From Euprymna scolopes (lineage: Eukaryota), in assembly GCA_053919585.1 (NCBI GenBank), contig CM132791.1: 64,000 nucleotides of DNA; one strand, given 5' to 3'. The stretch's first letter is position 1; each line of letters begins with the position of its first letter. The notes beneath the pieces were generated by a model. It saw only the letters and a program-made list of their open reading frames with translations. It searched no databases and was not told the origin of the DNA. Shown one piece after another: positions 12,560 through 25,599 of the stretch. Both the position numbers and the translations under genes were made by a program.

Positions 12560-12931
12560 CTCTACAGCCATAATTCGTCCATGCATGGAGTATTGTTGCC
12601 ACATCTGGGCTAGTGCTTCTAGTATTAGTCTCACACATTTAAAAACAGTCAAATTGATTAAGTCCCCACACTGTTGCATTCATGTACTTTTACCAGTACT
12701 TTAATGAATGTGTTCTGATGAACTCTTAGCACTTGTGTCCCTTGACATACATACTCCCAACTAATTCGGTAAGCAGCAAAATCTTTACTGTTGCACTCCA
12801 TACTATAATAGTTTCTTCCTTCTGACTGCTAGACTTTGGAATTGCCGTTCCCTTCATTGTACTAACCTGCAAAAGTTTAATGTACTGTAAACAAACATCT
12901 TGCGGCTCAACCCCTCAGACAAGCTCAAATA
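12560..12931 (+). mobile_element. Old CR1-group LINE 3' fragment
   Basis: IIRPCMEYCCHIWASAS and TARLWN remnants; tail appears to continue after the insertion at 12932-13403. Confidence 0.75.
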
Positions 12932-13403
12932 TGGGGTGGGCCGCTTAAAAGTAGCCCAATCTATAATCTCTTAACGACCAACCAACACAAGACAAAATGC
13001 AATTCTTTTTCCAACAAAATGGCACTACATACCACACGTCTCAGATTACTGACGAGTTCGTGATGTTTACAGAAGAGAAAAAGCAAAAGGATATGGCCAT
13101 AATGTTCCCCGGACTGGTCATGTGATTTTTATCTTGTAAGGGGGGGGGGGCTTTAAACCATTTTATGCAAATAATCCTCATAATCTGGACCAACTAAAGG
13201 AGAACATTACCAACACTATCAGGAGAATCACAAGAGAAGATCTACAAGCAATATCTGCAAACATTGTTAAATATGTCCAGAAATGCATAGATGACAACGT
13301 GGAGTACTTCCAGCATCTTTTATAACACTAACTACGGATAACTTAAACACTAAAAGAATGTTCCTCTACTGCATTTTCTGGGCTACTTTTAAGTGGGCCA
13401 CTG
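12932..13403 (+). mobile_element. Internally deleted mariner-like element
   Basis: Imperfect TIRs (GGGCCGCTTAAAAGTAGCCCA / TGGGCTACTTTTAAGTGGGCC) flanked by TA; transposase end FQHLL* at about 13308-13325. Confidence 0.75.
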
Positions 13404-14519
13404 TATTATCCTCTTGTGCTTTAAGTGAAAATGGTCACTAAAAAATTGTTTATGCTTACACTTGAACCTTTCCACCCATCCTATATTGAGAACTTTCGTT
13501 TCAATAACTGGCAAAGTTTCAATTGGAAAATTAAAAAGGTTAGATTCTGCCTTAGTTTGTTTTTCCATTCACAATTTGTGAGTGAACTTAAAAGGAATTA
13601 AATTATCGGTTTAAATTTATATATAGCTACGATTCTCGTTTCTATCTACAATTATACAAAGGCCGAGGCTTCCTAAAAGGAACAAAGAATTGTTCAAAAT
13701 CTTGTAGAAAATACCATCCTGAACCAGAGACTAGAGTCATTGGATCGCAATATGCAAAGGATATCCAATCTTGGCATAATTGCAGAGGAAGGATTGTCAA
13801 ATTAACAGGTTTCGTGTTCGTTTTTCATGTTAGTTGGGATTAGAAAGTAAAGCTTTGCATTCAAATTGTCAAGTTTATATGCATCACACGAACTGATCAC
13901 ATCTTTCGAAATGGATACAAAACAGTAAAATGTGCAGAATTAGAATTTGTTAAAGTTTTAATTTGTCCTCCATTAGAACTTCAGGATTTCTCAAATGTCT
14001 TGCATGATTAAAACAAACACTTGTTAATTACTGAATCAACTAGTGCATATTTCAATTGAGAATAGCAGGAAATGTTGCAGGCAAAAGGTCACCTCGCTGC
14101 ACCAAATGTTAAAGTTTTTAAGATTGTTGGAATATCAAAGACAGGAGATGGTTTTGTTTTACGGCATATCAACTTTGTTTTATATTCTAGCTGGGAATGG
14201 GCCATTCTATCGGATATTCTAGAGATGATTAATATTCTAACCATTCCTTTAAGTAATTATCTCTTGCACTTTGTCAACCGGGTATATTTGTCAGGTAGTT
14301 TCTGAACTTCTTAGGAGCCCAGTTGTTCCTATAATTATTGGAATTATAGTGGAGAGTAAAAACTTAGAAGCAGCACATATGGTACCACGTTTACCCAAGC
14401 AGATCTAGTATAGAATTTAATACAATATGGGAATCGTTACTTAAGGCTCAAATACAGTTAAATTATCCATACTCCTAGGAAAAGTACTTTTTACTACACT
14501 GTGCTCTTAAAATGCTCTA

Positions 14520-15050
14520 TTCACAGACAGGCTTCAGGTTTAACAATATGGATTTGAATAAAGACTTGAAAGAATCCGGAAAGTACAAATAGTCGAATTG
14601 TGAAATCAAATTGTGTTCATAATTATTCATACCTTTTTAGAACACCATCCATACTGTAAAAACAGACAATGTTGACAGTATGAAAATTGAGCAGCTAAAA
14701 AAAAAATTAAATTAAAAAAATCAGCAAGGATGCTGAAAAGCTTGCTTTGGATTTAGAATGGAGGCTTCAACAAGACAATGATGCCAAACATACTTCCAAT
14801 AGTGAAGAAATTAAATGACAACTAGATAAATGTTCTGGAATCGCCAATAGAAAATTCACGGCACAAGCTTAACAAGTCAGGAAGAGAAATCTTAACAAGT
14901 TTAAAGAACTGGAGAAATGCTAAGAATGGTCAAAGTGTTGCAGTGTGTAGGAATACTTGACAAATATCCCAATCGTTTGCAGGAGATAATTAAGGCCAAG
15001 GATATGTTATTGACCATTAATACTAGGTATGAATAAATTTGAACCTGTGT
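14520..15050 (+). mobile_element. Highly decayed Tc1 transposase fragment
   Basis: LQQDNDAKHTS at about 14765-14797 followed by NVLE and IKAK remnants. Confidence 0.65.
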
Positions 15051-16659
15051 TTCTGTTTTGTTAGTATTTCGTTACAAAACAGAAATCTATTTGAAAAAAT
15101 GCAAATTGCTAGTTTTCGTTTTAACTTTTGAGGTAGATATGAAATTCCAGTTCATTTTTGGCAAAACTTTTAGCTTAACTGTATATAGTAATAAGTCGTG
15201 ATCTAGTGAAAAGCAAAATTGTAAATCTAAAAACAGGTTTTAAATTCCCAAAATTCATAAAGTTATCTGCAAATATTTGGTAAAATTCAGTTTAAGTCAC
15301 TCTTCTGGGAGGTTGAAGGTTCAATCCTCAGTGTGGATGACAAATTGCATATTACTAGGATTTCTACCCTGTCATGGCTGATAGAATGAGAGAATGCTAC
15401 AGCTGTTGATTAAAGGTTCTGTTCAAAATTCGGTGCAGATTCTAAAGTTCTACAAGGTTGAAGGTTACATCGACTGAAACGTGAAAATACTCAAGATGAA
15501 GACAGTAGTTCAAATAATCCAAATATTAGTTTTGTGGATTAAACTAACAACCATTAGAATTTAATGGACATGATTTTGTGCCAATTTTTCTGAGATGTAG
15601 AAGGACCTTCATTCACTTTTGCATTCGGGCAAAAAGGGATCATGACATTTCATGTGTTTGTCCATTTAAAATTCAGAAACGACCAAGGATACGTACAGAA
15701 GTTCCATATTCTGATGTAGTGGCACCTTGATCTGGTTATGGTAAAAACTTCAATATTTTGGTATTCAAAAATAAAGGTTTATTTTGAATCCTGCCTCAAG
15801 TATATTTTTAAACCAATAATTCAGATCACTTATCCTCAATTTTTAAGAGTTGGTGCTAAATGATACTTTGAGGCTTTCATCCCTTAAAAGATTATTGCTT
15901 GTAAACAAACCAATGTGATTAATAAATGAATAATCAGAACTATCCAATTTTAATGAAATTTTCAGCATTTATTAAAGTGTTTTACATTTTTAAGTGTTCG
16001 TTCTAACAAAAATATCAAATATACATGTATAAAGCTTAGACCGATTCTGCCTAAGCATACTAGTCAAGGATCCTTCCAACAAGCATTGTCTTCGCATTTT
16101 GGAAAGATAAGCAAGGAATTAATACCAACAGGGCTGTTCAGGCAATTTTAAGGAGTTAGTGTACCACATCTTTCTGTGGTAAAGGAGAAAAACAATTACA
16201 TATTCTAATACAGTATAATCAAGATTATGGTGTTTATTATGCAAGATTCATTCACTTATCCAGAAACCAATTTAGTTTATTTGTAATCCAGAAAATAAAC
16301 TTATGATTACTGATAATTGTAAAAGTAAATAAGATAACACTGAAACTAGATCAGTCGGCTACATTGCACAAGTAATTGAATTAACAGGTCCAACTAACCT
16401 TTACTTACTGCAAATTGGCGAAACCATGTGATTTCCAGAAATGTTTTATGGCATATGAATCATCTAAGAGTTAATATTGAATAACGTTATCAAATAATTA
16501 TACAAATTTTAATATTAGAATACATTGCTCTCAGAATATATTTCATTACTTAGAAATTTCAGAGAGATCCGACATTACTCTTACACTAAAGACTGTCACC
16601 GATCTGTTCAAAATTGACCCCATTAGCCACAACCTAGCATCAATTTGAAAAGTTTGGAT

Positions 16660-16896
16660 GGTTTGTTGTACGGCATATCAACCCTTTTAGGTCATTTAAT
16701 GCCGAATCCAGTGATTTTGAAGAGTTTAATGTTTTTTCAAGTCAGGGTTCTATGGGTTAAATAGAAACTAACAGGAGCTACCACTGACCCAGAGTGGACC
16801 TGGGAGTAATGGCAATTAAAAGGTGGCTCCATACTCCCCAAAGCCCGCAAGCTAGGGTCTCACCATCGGATATAGTTTAAGATCATATCCAGGATC
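16660..16896 (-). mobile_element. SINE-like body joined to an I/Nimb-type 3' tail
   Basis: Minus strand TTGCCATTACTCCCAGGTCCACTCTG body followed by GGCATTAAATGACCTAAAAGGGTTGATATGCCGTACAACAAAC tail. The body is recalled as a common invertebrate repeat; not verified. Confidence 0.5.
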
Positions 16897-17669
16897 AAGT
16901 TTGGAAGAATCAGACTGAATACAGTTATGGATAAATTTATATGCTATGGCATGACATAACCAGCCAATTGATCAGGCCTCCACTACCTCCCACCTAGCTA
17001 GAGTGGAAAATTGGATCAGCAATCAGAATCCTGTCCTATGGCATCATGAATCGCCACCCATAAGTGTCCAGTTTGGTGAGTTTTACCTTTCTGCATGGAG
17101 TTGCAATTGAATTTGTGGCTCTGCTGTGCCAGATTGGTATTACAGGAATTATATCAGGTGTTCTGACCACACACAGAAATAATTCCCTTGCCAGTGATAA
17201 ATACAGAGTTATCTTAATATCTTGCAACGATCAAAGTTATTTCCCTTTAAACTGCTGATGCTATTGGCATAAGGAGAATTTTGGAAAGTGTTGTAAGAAT
17301 AAAATTTTTTACACCTATAACTCACAAGTCGCACATGTTGCAGAGCAAAGGAAAAATTCAAGGTGAGATTCTCCAAATCCATCTAAAACTATTTGGTTTA
17401 TCCTTTTAAAGTTGTCTTGATGGTTGAAATATTTACGCAAAATATTGAGCTTGCCACTGAATATGACAAGTCAGTTGCAAATATGTGCCAAGCATTGAGT
17501 TTTGATTTACTGAAATGGAGATCAAAAAGAACTTCTAGAGCCAGTGAATCACTTGAAAACACCTACCAGATAGAGCACGGAAATCAATGTCAAAAAGATT
17601 AAGCTTAGGATGAATAAAAAATAAATAAAAAGATCAGTCTCAGTGAATCTTAAAAATCTTAGAATGTTG

Positions 17670-18010
17670 AAGAGGATTCAAATACCGAAATCCTAATAAA
17701 ACTGACGCAGACAGCAGTAGCAATGGCAAAATTAAAACCAATATGGGAGGACAAAGTTCTAGTGTTAACTAAGGTGACGCTATTATGTTCATTAGTCATG
17801 TCAATCTTTATGTGTATGTGAAACATGGATACTAACTGCAGAAATGCAACGAAAATTCTAGTAGTTAAAATAAGGTCTTAGAAAAGACCTCAGTTCTTCA
17901 TGCATAGATCTTATCACCAATTAAACATTGCATATGATTGCTACCTGTACACATTAAAACCACTTACTATTGTAAAAAAAAAAAAAAAAAAAACACGGTA
18001 TGGGTATGTG
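17670..18010 (+). mobile_element. Decayed RTE-clade RT C-terminal fragment
   Basis: AMAKLKPIWEDK, LVMSIF, CETWILTAEMQRKI remnants. Confidence 0.65.
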
Positions 18011-18282
18011 ATGTACCAACATGTAAAAGTTTAACATGTGAACAAATATCTTGCTGCACAATTCCCCTACTTAAGATGCCCCTATAAATCTGGTATGTCA
18101 ACTAACACAATGAAATAACAAAATGGTTTCAACTCAAAGTTTCTGAATGAGACTTAAAAAGATCCACGATGTATGATCTACCTTAAATCAATGAGGGTTT
18201 CGCCCCAGGAAATCCACTTACGGCTTTACTTTGAGAAGAGGTTAGTTTATTGCTAATTACCTAAAGTTCCCTACCGAATATG

Positions 18283-18760
18283 AGTGGTTTACAGCATATC
18301 AACCATTTAATGCTAAATAAAGTCAATTTTAGGATTGTTCAGAATAGATAAGTTGTAGAAATCTTACAAGGGTGGGTGGCATTAGTCCCAGAAAACTCTA
18401 TATTTGTTATCTTTATTGAACATGATTGGCCCTCAGCCACTGCCTTTTAGTATTTTTTAGAAGATTGGGTTAAACTTAAGGCATGATGTGACCAGCCGAA
18501 GCGTCAAAGTGAAAAAATGGCTGAGCAACTAGGATCAGATCCGTCAACTACATTTCTGTGTAATGACAGATGAAAGGATCCACACCAAATATATGTATCA
18601 TGAATTCGATGTGAGTCACAGGTGGCAATTTGTAACCCTGCCGACATCTTAAACATCTAGCTTCCCCCAGAGAGAAATAAAATAAGGTAGTCCTGGTTGA
18701 GACTAATATTTGGATCGATTCACGATATAAGAGACCCAATGACCAAAACATTGGGTCAAT
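18283..18760 (-). mobile_element. Decayed I/Nimb-type LINE 3' end
   Basis: TLRL-GH-like remnant followed by the GCATTAAATGGTTGATATGCTGTAAACC tail motif. Confidence 0.45.
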
Positions 18761-18919
18761 AGCATTGGATTCCTTTCACATTTAGCTTTGATTTATGGCA
18801 TATCAATCAGCTACGAGTTATTTAATGACAAATAGAATTTTATTAGGTAGGATAAATACTGTGTTTGAAAACAAATGAAATTAGATTAAAAAAAAAAAAA
18901 ATGCAACTTGAAGTCTAAA

Positions 18920-20064
18920 AACTTCCTTTGGCTGACCCACGTCTGGCCCCAATTGAAATGAACAGCTCATCTTGAGGATGCTCCATGTTTAGACACTTGG
19001 CTTTCACTTCTGATCTGAAATGAAGCACATCAAATCCGTTGCCAAGGTCACTGGAAAAATGGTTGGATCATTCTACTGCTCCAGTAAATATCTCACTGTC
19101 TATGCAATCCCACAGCTGTATAAGAGCCAAGTACATCTTAGAATAAAGCACTGTTGCTACATCTGGACAGGAGCTGCTTGGAGCACCGTCTTGACAGGGC
19201 AAAACCTACTTTGAAATCTAGTAGATAATACCCTTTTCTCTAGTGTCAGAAAAAGTTACGGTACTCACCTCCCTGCAGCTTCTGACGGTGATACTTGAGA
19301 CGAAGAAGTGAGTGCCTTGCTAAGGATTATTTTTATTTGCAATCAATGTCACTTGGCACTCGTTTTCCATAAAAGGGGCTCGGTGCACATCTTTTGCTGT
19401 TTCTTCTTCCCTTTCACAGCTCAAAACATTTTACGCATTGCATTTCCCTATCAAGATCCTTTCGGATCTATTTCCCTGGAAATTACCGGACCTTGGTGCA
19501 GGAGTTTATTACACGAGGTCGCAACATCAGCAATCTGTTGCAAGAAAATTAAGGTAAGGTATTTTCTCTTCTCCGTCGGTTGCCGTTAGGTGAAATCACT
19601 TCTTTTTCCTTGCTAAGGCCAACCCCTCCCTCTTGTGCTGATGCTTCCCACTGGAAATCGGCACATCTGCAACCTCTTTTCCACAGAAGAGACGTTGCAA
19701 GCTTGTCTTATTTTCATTGCAATTATTCGACTGAGCTCCAATCTATGATCCTCCCTTGCCAATTTTTCAAAATATTGGTCTAGCCAAAATCACGATCAAA
19801 AAATCCCCTCACTATCGGTGCTTAAACCTAAACGTGGATTCCATGAACAAAACTTCTTTCCTAGAACTGCCCGCTTATAGAACTGTTCAACTGGTCTGCT
19901 TTCCAAACTACAAGTCATTTTCTAATCCAATGTAAACAAGTTCTCATTGAGCTGTCCTATTAATCTAGTTATAAATTTTCATTAACGATTACTAATTGTC
20001 CCAATGGCTACCATCGAGTGGCCTCCAGGCCTTTATGTGGTGACCGTTCTGTAAAAAAAAAAAA
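18920..20064 (+). mobile_element. CR1-group LINE 3' fragment interrupted by a 422-bp insert
   Basis: IKSVAKVTGKMVGSFY...CCYIW before the insert, LQPLFHRRDVASLS after it; 3' UTR motif and poly(A) at 20053-20064. Confidence 0.88.
19244..19665 (+). mobile_element. Probable solo LTR inserted in the CR1 fragment
   Basis: Non-LINE block that begins TGT and ends ACA exactly between contiguous LINE codons; ATAAAAGGGG TATA-like box at about 19369. No clean TSD. Confidence 0.6.
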
Positions 20065-20659
20065 CAGTCTGATATAAAGTCAAACATTCATAGTTTAAGA
20101 TTTTTAACGATATACTGAGACTTCATGTTTATGATTAAGATTTGTAGATTTCATTCACAAACTGGATTTTCATTCCAACTGTTTTTTTAGCTCTGGCCTG
20201 TTCCTGAATGTACCTCTCTAGACCATTAACATCTGCATTATTGCAGTACATTGACGCAACTCTTCAGAGCATTTGTGGAACTTAGACACTTGGCCACTAA
20301 GCGTATCAGCTTCACTTATGAAATATGCCAGCAATTCTATACCTTCCTCTGGTTCTAATCTTTGAGTATCATGGATTTTCAAGAGTCTGCCATTTAATCA
20401 TACTCCTAAACCCTTTTGTTAGTGTTTTGTGAATAACTTATCACATTTAAGTCTCAGCACAAGAGAAGCAATTTTTCTAAAGATGCACAGTAAACCAATA
20501 TTTACGGACTTTAGTTGGGATTCCTTTGCCACTACGAACAAAACGATCAGTTTGATATTTTGGTTCATCCAATTTTCGAATTGGATGAACCAAATTATGC
20601 AAATTTACAAACTATAACAATTCTATACATTGGATCAGTTTATAGTAAAGAAAAAAAAA

Positions 20660-21660
20660 AGTAGCAATGAAAAAGCATCTACCATGAAATTTTTGAATAA
20701 GGGGAATTCTACCCTAGAAATTGTTTATAAGGGCGTAACCACAGGACCATTTGTCTGAAAGGGAGAAAAAAAATGTAATGAGGCCCAGAGAGGAAAACAA
20801 AGATCGTGACATCTGTGAAACTGGAAATGGCAAAGTAGCTCAAGTTCCAGCATCTTTTCTGCAGTTGGACTTTATACTCAAGACTTCTTGCAATTGTGTC
20901 TTGAAAACATTTGGAAAAGTTAATGCCCAAAAACCAATGAACCCACAATACAAGGCTCGACGACTTGCTTGGTGGCAAAAATACATGAAATTGGATTTCA
21001 GTTTGGTAATTTGGATGGATGAAATGAGAGCCAATCTTGATAGTCCTGACAGTTGGGCAAGTAGTTACATTGCTGAAGGATTCGATGCTCCATTGCAGTT
21101 CAGAAGACAGCAAGGTGGAGTGATAATTTGGGCAGTGATAGTGAAAAAATGAGCTCATTGGACCATTCAGAGTTGTCGGAGTTAAAATGAACTCTTAACT
21201 ACCAATTTTTAGAAAAATTTTATAAGTTAGCTGAAGAAAACTGCTTATCAACGAAACAAATGTCTATGCATGATAATGTACCTGCCATGGACTTGCAGCC
21301 ACTGCTGAATGGTTAGCATCGAAAAAATTAAAAAGGTCGCGTTATGGAGTGGCCTGCTTACTCCCGATTAAAATTGCAGAGAGAACTTGCGGGCCATCTT
21401 GAAAAGATGGTTTATCAAAATGGTAAACAGTTTACAAAGAACTTATGGGAGGTTATCGTGAAGGCAGCAAAATCCATTGAAATGGAAAATGTAACGAATC
21501 ATGAGTTTTCTGATGAAGAAAGACGAATACAAATGAAGAGCATCACATTGAATATTTCTCAGCTGCTGACTATCCGGACTCAAATTATACTGATTTCGAG
21601 GTTTTGTGATGTTATACCTGAAAATATACAATTGTTTGCATAATTTGGTTCACTTGAAAA
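20660..21660 (+). mobile_element. Decayed Tc1-family transposase
   Basis: KARRLAWWQKYMKLDFSLVIWMDE, RRQQGGVIIWA, MHDNVPA, MEWPAYS remnants. Confidence 0.8.
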
Positions 21661-22638
21661 ATCAATTTTTCATATTTTACTCCAGATAACATTTTAGAAT
21701 CTGGATTTATACAAATGTTTCGGACAAATAGTCCGGCAATATACCAAATAGATTACGGGGGGCGGGGGGAGACTTGAATGATTTAGTTTGCACTGTAGAA
21801 ATTTGTTCCCTCCTCCCCCAAACACTTGGAACTTTCAGAGGGTGCCATCATTACCCAAGAATAGGAAAATTGAGCGCTAGTGACTAGCGAATACATTGCT
21901 CCTTAAATTGGCATTGGTAAGCTATTTGGCATGATTAGATCCTTAGCCACCACCTACTATTTGGGGAGGAAATAAGGTTTCGAATTGAAGGACCAGAGTT
22001 ACAAAACTTGGAACATGTTATTTGTCAGTCCAGAGCTGTCGCTATTCAAGACGAAAATCAATTCACATGGAATATTTGAAATGAAAGATCTCAGCTTCGG
22101 TATATAATGCCACATTCTATGTGGATGGAGAACAGGCATTCAAATGTATGATCAAATGCACTTAGAAATTTGAATGTAGATCTGATTGTGAACCCTTTAA
22201 AAAAAAAAAAAAAAAAAAAAAATCCAAGTTCACCTGGTTGCAAAGTTAATTGCAGCTAAAGTAGGGGAACCATTTCCCCCCCCCCCCCCAAAAAAAAAAA
22301 GTTTTCCTTGATCAACATGGAAAGAGTGAGAAGAGTCTGCTGATATAGAAGACGTCCGATAGATTCACTCCTACCCAAGAAGAGAAAAAAGTCAAAGGAT
22401 CTGGGCAAGGACAAGTTTGTAGTTTATGCAGCTCAAAAAGTTGCTCGGGACCTCACGCTCTCCTTGAAAACTGGCTCCCACCTGTCACTAGTATAAAGGA
22501 GTAGAAATATAAAAATGATTTTAAGTCCTTTTCGCCTCCCTACAAACACCAAAATACACCTGCTTCCCCTTTAAACTTATAGCTTTTCCCAACAGAAAGC
22601 TACTCCACCCCATTGAAAACAAGCAATCTGTCCATCTC

Positions 22639-22745
22639 TTTCAAGTCAAATACTAAGCCTTCGCCATAAAATGGTGAGAAAAGTCAATATTTGCTCCTCT
22701 GGAACGGATATGGAGAATCACAGAAACGTCTGGAAGAGCCAACTT
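22639..22745 (+). pseudogene. Chromodomain-like coding relic
   Basis: One frame gives NGEKSQYLLLWNGYGESQKRLEEP; adjacent frames add FQV and ILSLRHK upstream and NVW downstream. Confidence 0.4.
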
Positions 22746-25402
22746 AGTGATCAAACGGCTGTTTATTTTCAGAGATGGAAAACTTATTTCCTTGTAGAAG
22801 ATTGACATATTGGAAAATGAAGAGTCTACAATCTGTTTGCAAGTAATCTGCATGTCATACAGAATCTGGCTATGACAACATCTCTTGCCTTTCTGTGTAC
22901 TTCAATTTGGCATTTGAGATTCTTACCATTTTTCATTTGATAAAAAGCTTATAAAAAGGTCGAAGATCAGTGTATTGAGTCTTAGTATTGGAAAGACATG
23001 TTCAGAGACTTTTTGCTTTGTTTATCATTTTCATGAAATGTAATACGAGTACCCGGCACAATTTAGTTTTACTTTGCTGGTTTAGCGATTAAAGATTCAA
23101 TTGTCAGATTCTGGCAATGAATCAAATTTCCAAAATTTGTAATCTCTAGAAGGTACCTCTTGCTAAACCGTCACCTTTTATGATGGAAAAGGTGATAAGC
23201 AGGACAAACTCCAAAAGAATGATCAGAAACGGTTATGAAATCAAACCCAAAAATCCATTGAAAACTGAATTTTACAGGTGAAAAAATTACGCCAAAAATC
23301 TGAACCCTTTAGGAGTCATTCAAACTTAGCTTGTTTTAGTCATGGGAGAGGAAATCGAGATGGTATTACATAAGCAGAGGCTGGGGTCCTCATCACAAAA
23401 TATCTATGAAAAGTGGTTTGGTTTATGGCATATCAAGGTAATTTAATGCCAAATTCTAAGGTATGATAATTATATTCATAGAAAACTATTACATAGCAAC
23501 TAAAGAAATCTCATTTCTAAAGGTTACAAGAATTCTGGAGGCATATATAAAAGTCCAATCCTACAATACAGGCAAAGATCCCGAGCATCTATCGAGATTG
23601 GTAAACACCAAGAAAAATTACGGCATATCAACCGTCTATGCTATTTAATACTTAACTAGAATTTATTCTTAGACATGCCTTGCAGAAAACTCCGAGTACT
23701 TAAAAATACTCGTCAGCATTGGTAACCCTTTGTTCAACATGATTGACTTTCAGCCATAGCCTTACGGTATCTATTTGTGAAGAAAATAAATTTCATCTTT
23801 ACTGTTTTACTGGAGACAGCTTTGTGGAGTGAAAATGCTCGTCAAGATCTGTTATGTTCATTCGACTTAAGGCACTCTAGGTATAATGTTCAATGCGCTA
23901 GATTGAACAGGCGAGTAATACAGTAGCACGTTTGCTATGTTGTATACACTTGCTATAGAATGGGGAATTAAACATGCCTAATACAGATACAGGTTTCATA
24001 TGTTTAAGAGTGAGGATGTCAGAAACTAGATGTTTGAAAATAGTTTAACCCGATCAGGGTTTTACATTAATACAAGATTAATTCTTGTGATTCCTGGCAA
24101 CTCAATAGCTCTGCTAGTCCAAAGTTAAGTTTTCGATGCAGTTAAATTCTAAAAATTTAGAAATCCTTTTAAAACACGAAGTTAAATACAAATTAACTTG
24201 TGCTTATAAAAGACACCCAGACTAAATCTTCAGATTCACTTGTTTTGAAATCTAATTTAAACTCAGTTTCGCTTATGACCTCAACCATATGGATTATTTA
24301 AGGCATAATTTGTCAAATATGATTCTACCTATAGTTATGTATATTAGAATACATAACTCAGAATTTAAGAGGACGTCATAACAAGGAAACTAACGATTCC
24401 CAGACCCAGAAACCATTATATATTAACGTTAATGCAAAATGGCTAAGGAAGATTTGTTTCAATTTCTAAACCTCATTCTTTATGCAAAAAGAAAAACAGT
24501 AAACCAAATTCTGTACCGACCTATACTTTTTAAAGCGGAGGAAACAGTCAAATTTCAATGTTCGTGTGTCAAGACACGAACATTGAGAAAGCGACATCGC
24601 TAAATTTAGATGTTTTGACAGTCAAAACTAAGTCTTAGTCCACTGTAGAGAATTTAATTCTATTTGCTATAAATTGTTTTTGTACAAGTTCGGCTTTACC
24701 ATACTTGGCATGAAGTAATACGATTAAAATATAGTCTTGGAGACTTTAGACAGTTTCGTTAATAGTTAACTATACGCCTAGTCGTTTTCATAAGGCAGAT
24801 TTATTTAAACGAATCGGTACAGTTAAAGTCGCCCGATTCGCGAATACAATCTATGTACGATGTATGCACGGAGTTGCGACCCATTCAAGCTGGGTTTAGT
24901 TACGGTTTAGAATATCAAGTCATCTCAGATGCGTGGTGAAAAATGCAAAGGTCATCTTTGTTAGGATATAGCGCCAATGTAGCAGTCTAAAAATGGACGA
25001 TAGTTTGGTCTGATAACTGATACAAAGTTAATCATCGCAACCCACGCGCGCTGGATGGTGTGCTTCGAGGATAAACTGTCGCAGATAAAACTTCCGACAG
25101 AACATCGAGTGCGAGTGTAGTTTCCAACCAGGCAAGTTCGTCAAATTTCGCACCGAGAGAAGGATCGACTAATAGACTTAGTAAAGAAACCCTTAAAAAC
25201 ATGCAAAGATGTGGCAAAGTTAGCAGGCGAAACCACTTGAAAAATCGCAAGAGAACAAAGGCAACTGAATTACAATCCAGAGTCTACACCCCGGCCCAAA
25301 TTAAGCGAAAAAAACTTCAATAAAATTAGTTTAAAAACTAGTCGAAAGTTTTTAAATCCATGAAGTTTACGTTAAGAATTTGCCTTAAGTTTAATAGAAA
25401 GC

Positions 25403-25439
<37 letters not shown>

Positions 25440-25599
25440 AGTTATCAACAGTCTCTGGACAGTTTGAATATTGACGAACATTCATTTGTCTTCTGTATTT
25501 GAAGACATTCTATTTTATTGTATTTATAAAGGTTTTATCGTTATTCGGAGCGAGTACATTTGACTCGCTCTAGTTTTACTGCACAAGTTTGTAATCGGC

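Noticed and set aside
16409-16463. Minus-strand 55-nt candidate exon (DSYAIKHFWKSHGFANL) with good splice signals
   Set aside because: Overlaps a degenerate copy of the dispersed TTTTATGGCATAT motif; no recognisable protein or partner exons.
17036-17258. Short overlapping ORFs and possible exon
   Set aside because: No recognisable domain; weak splice context.
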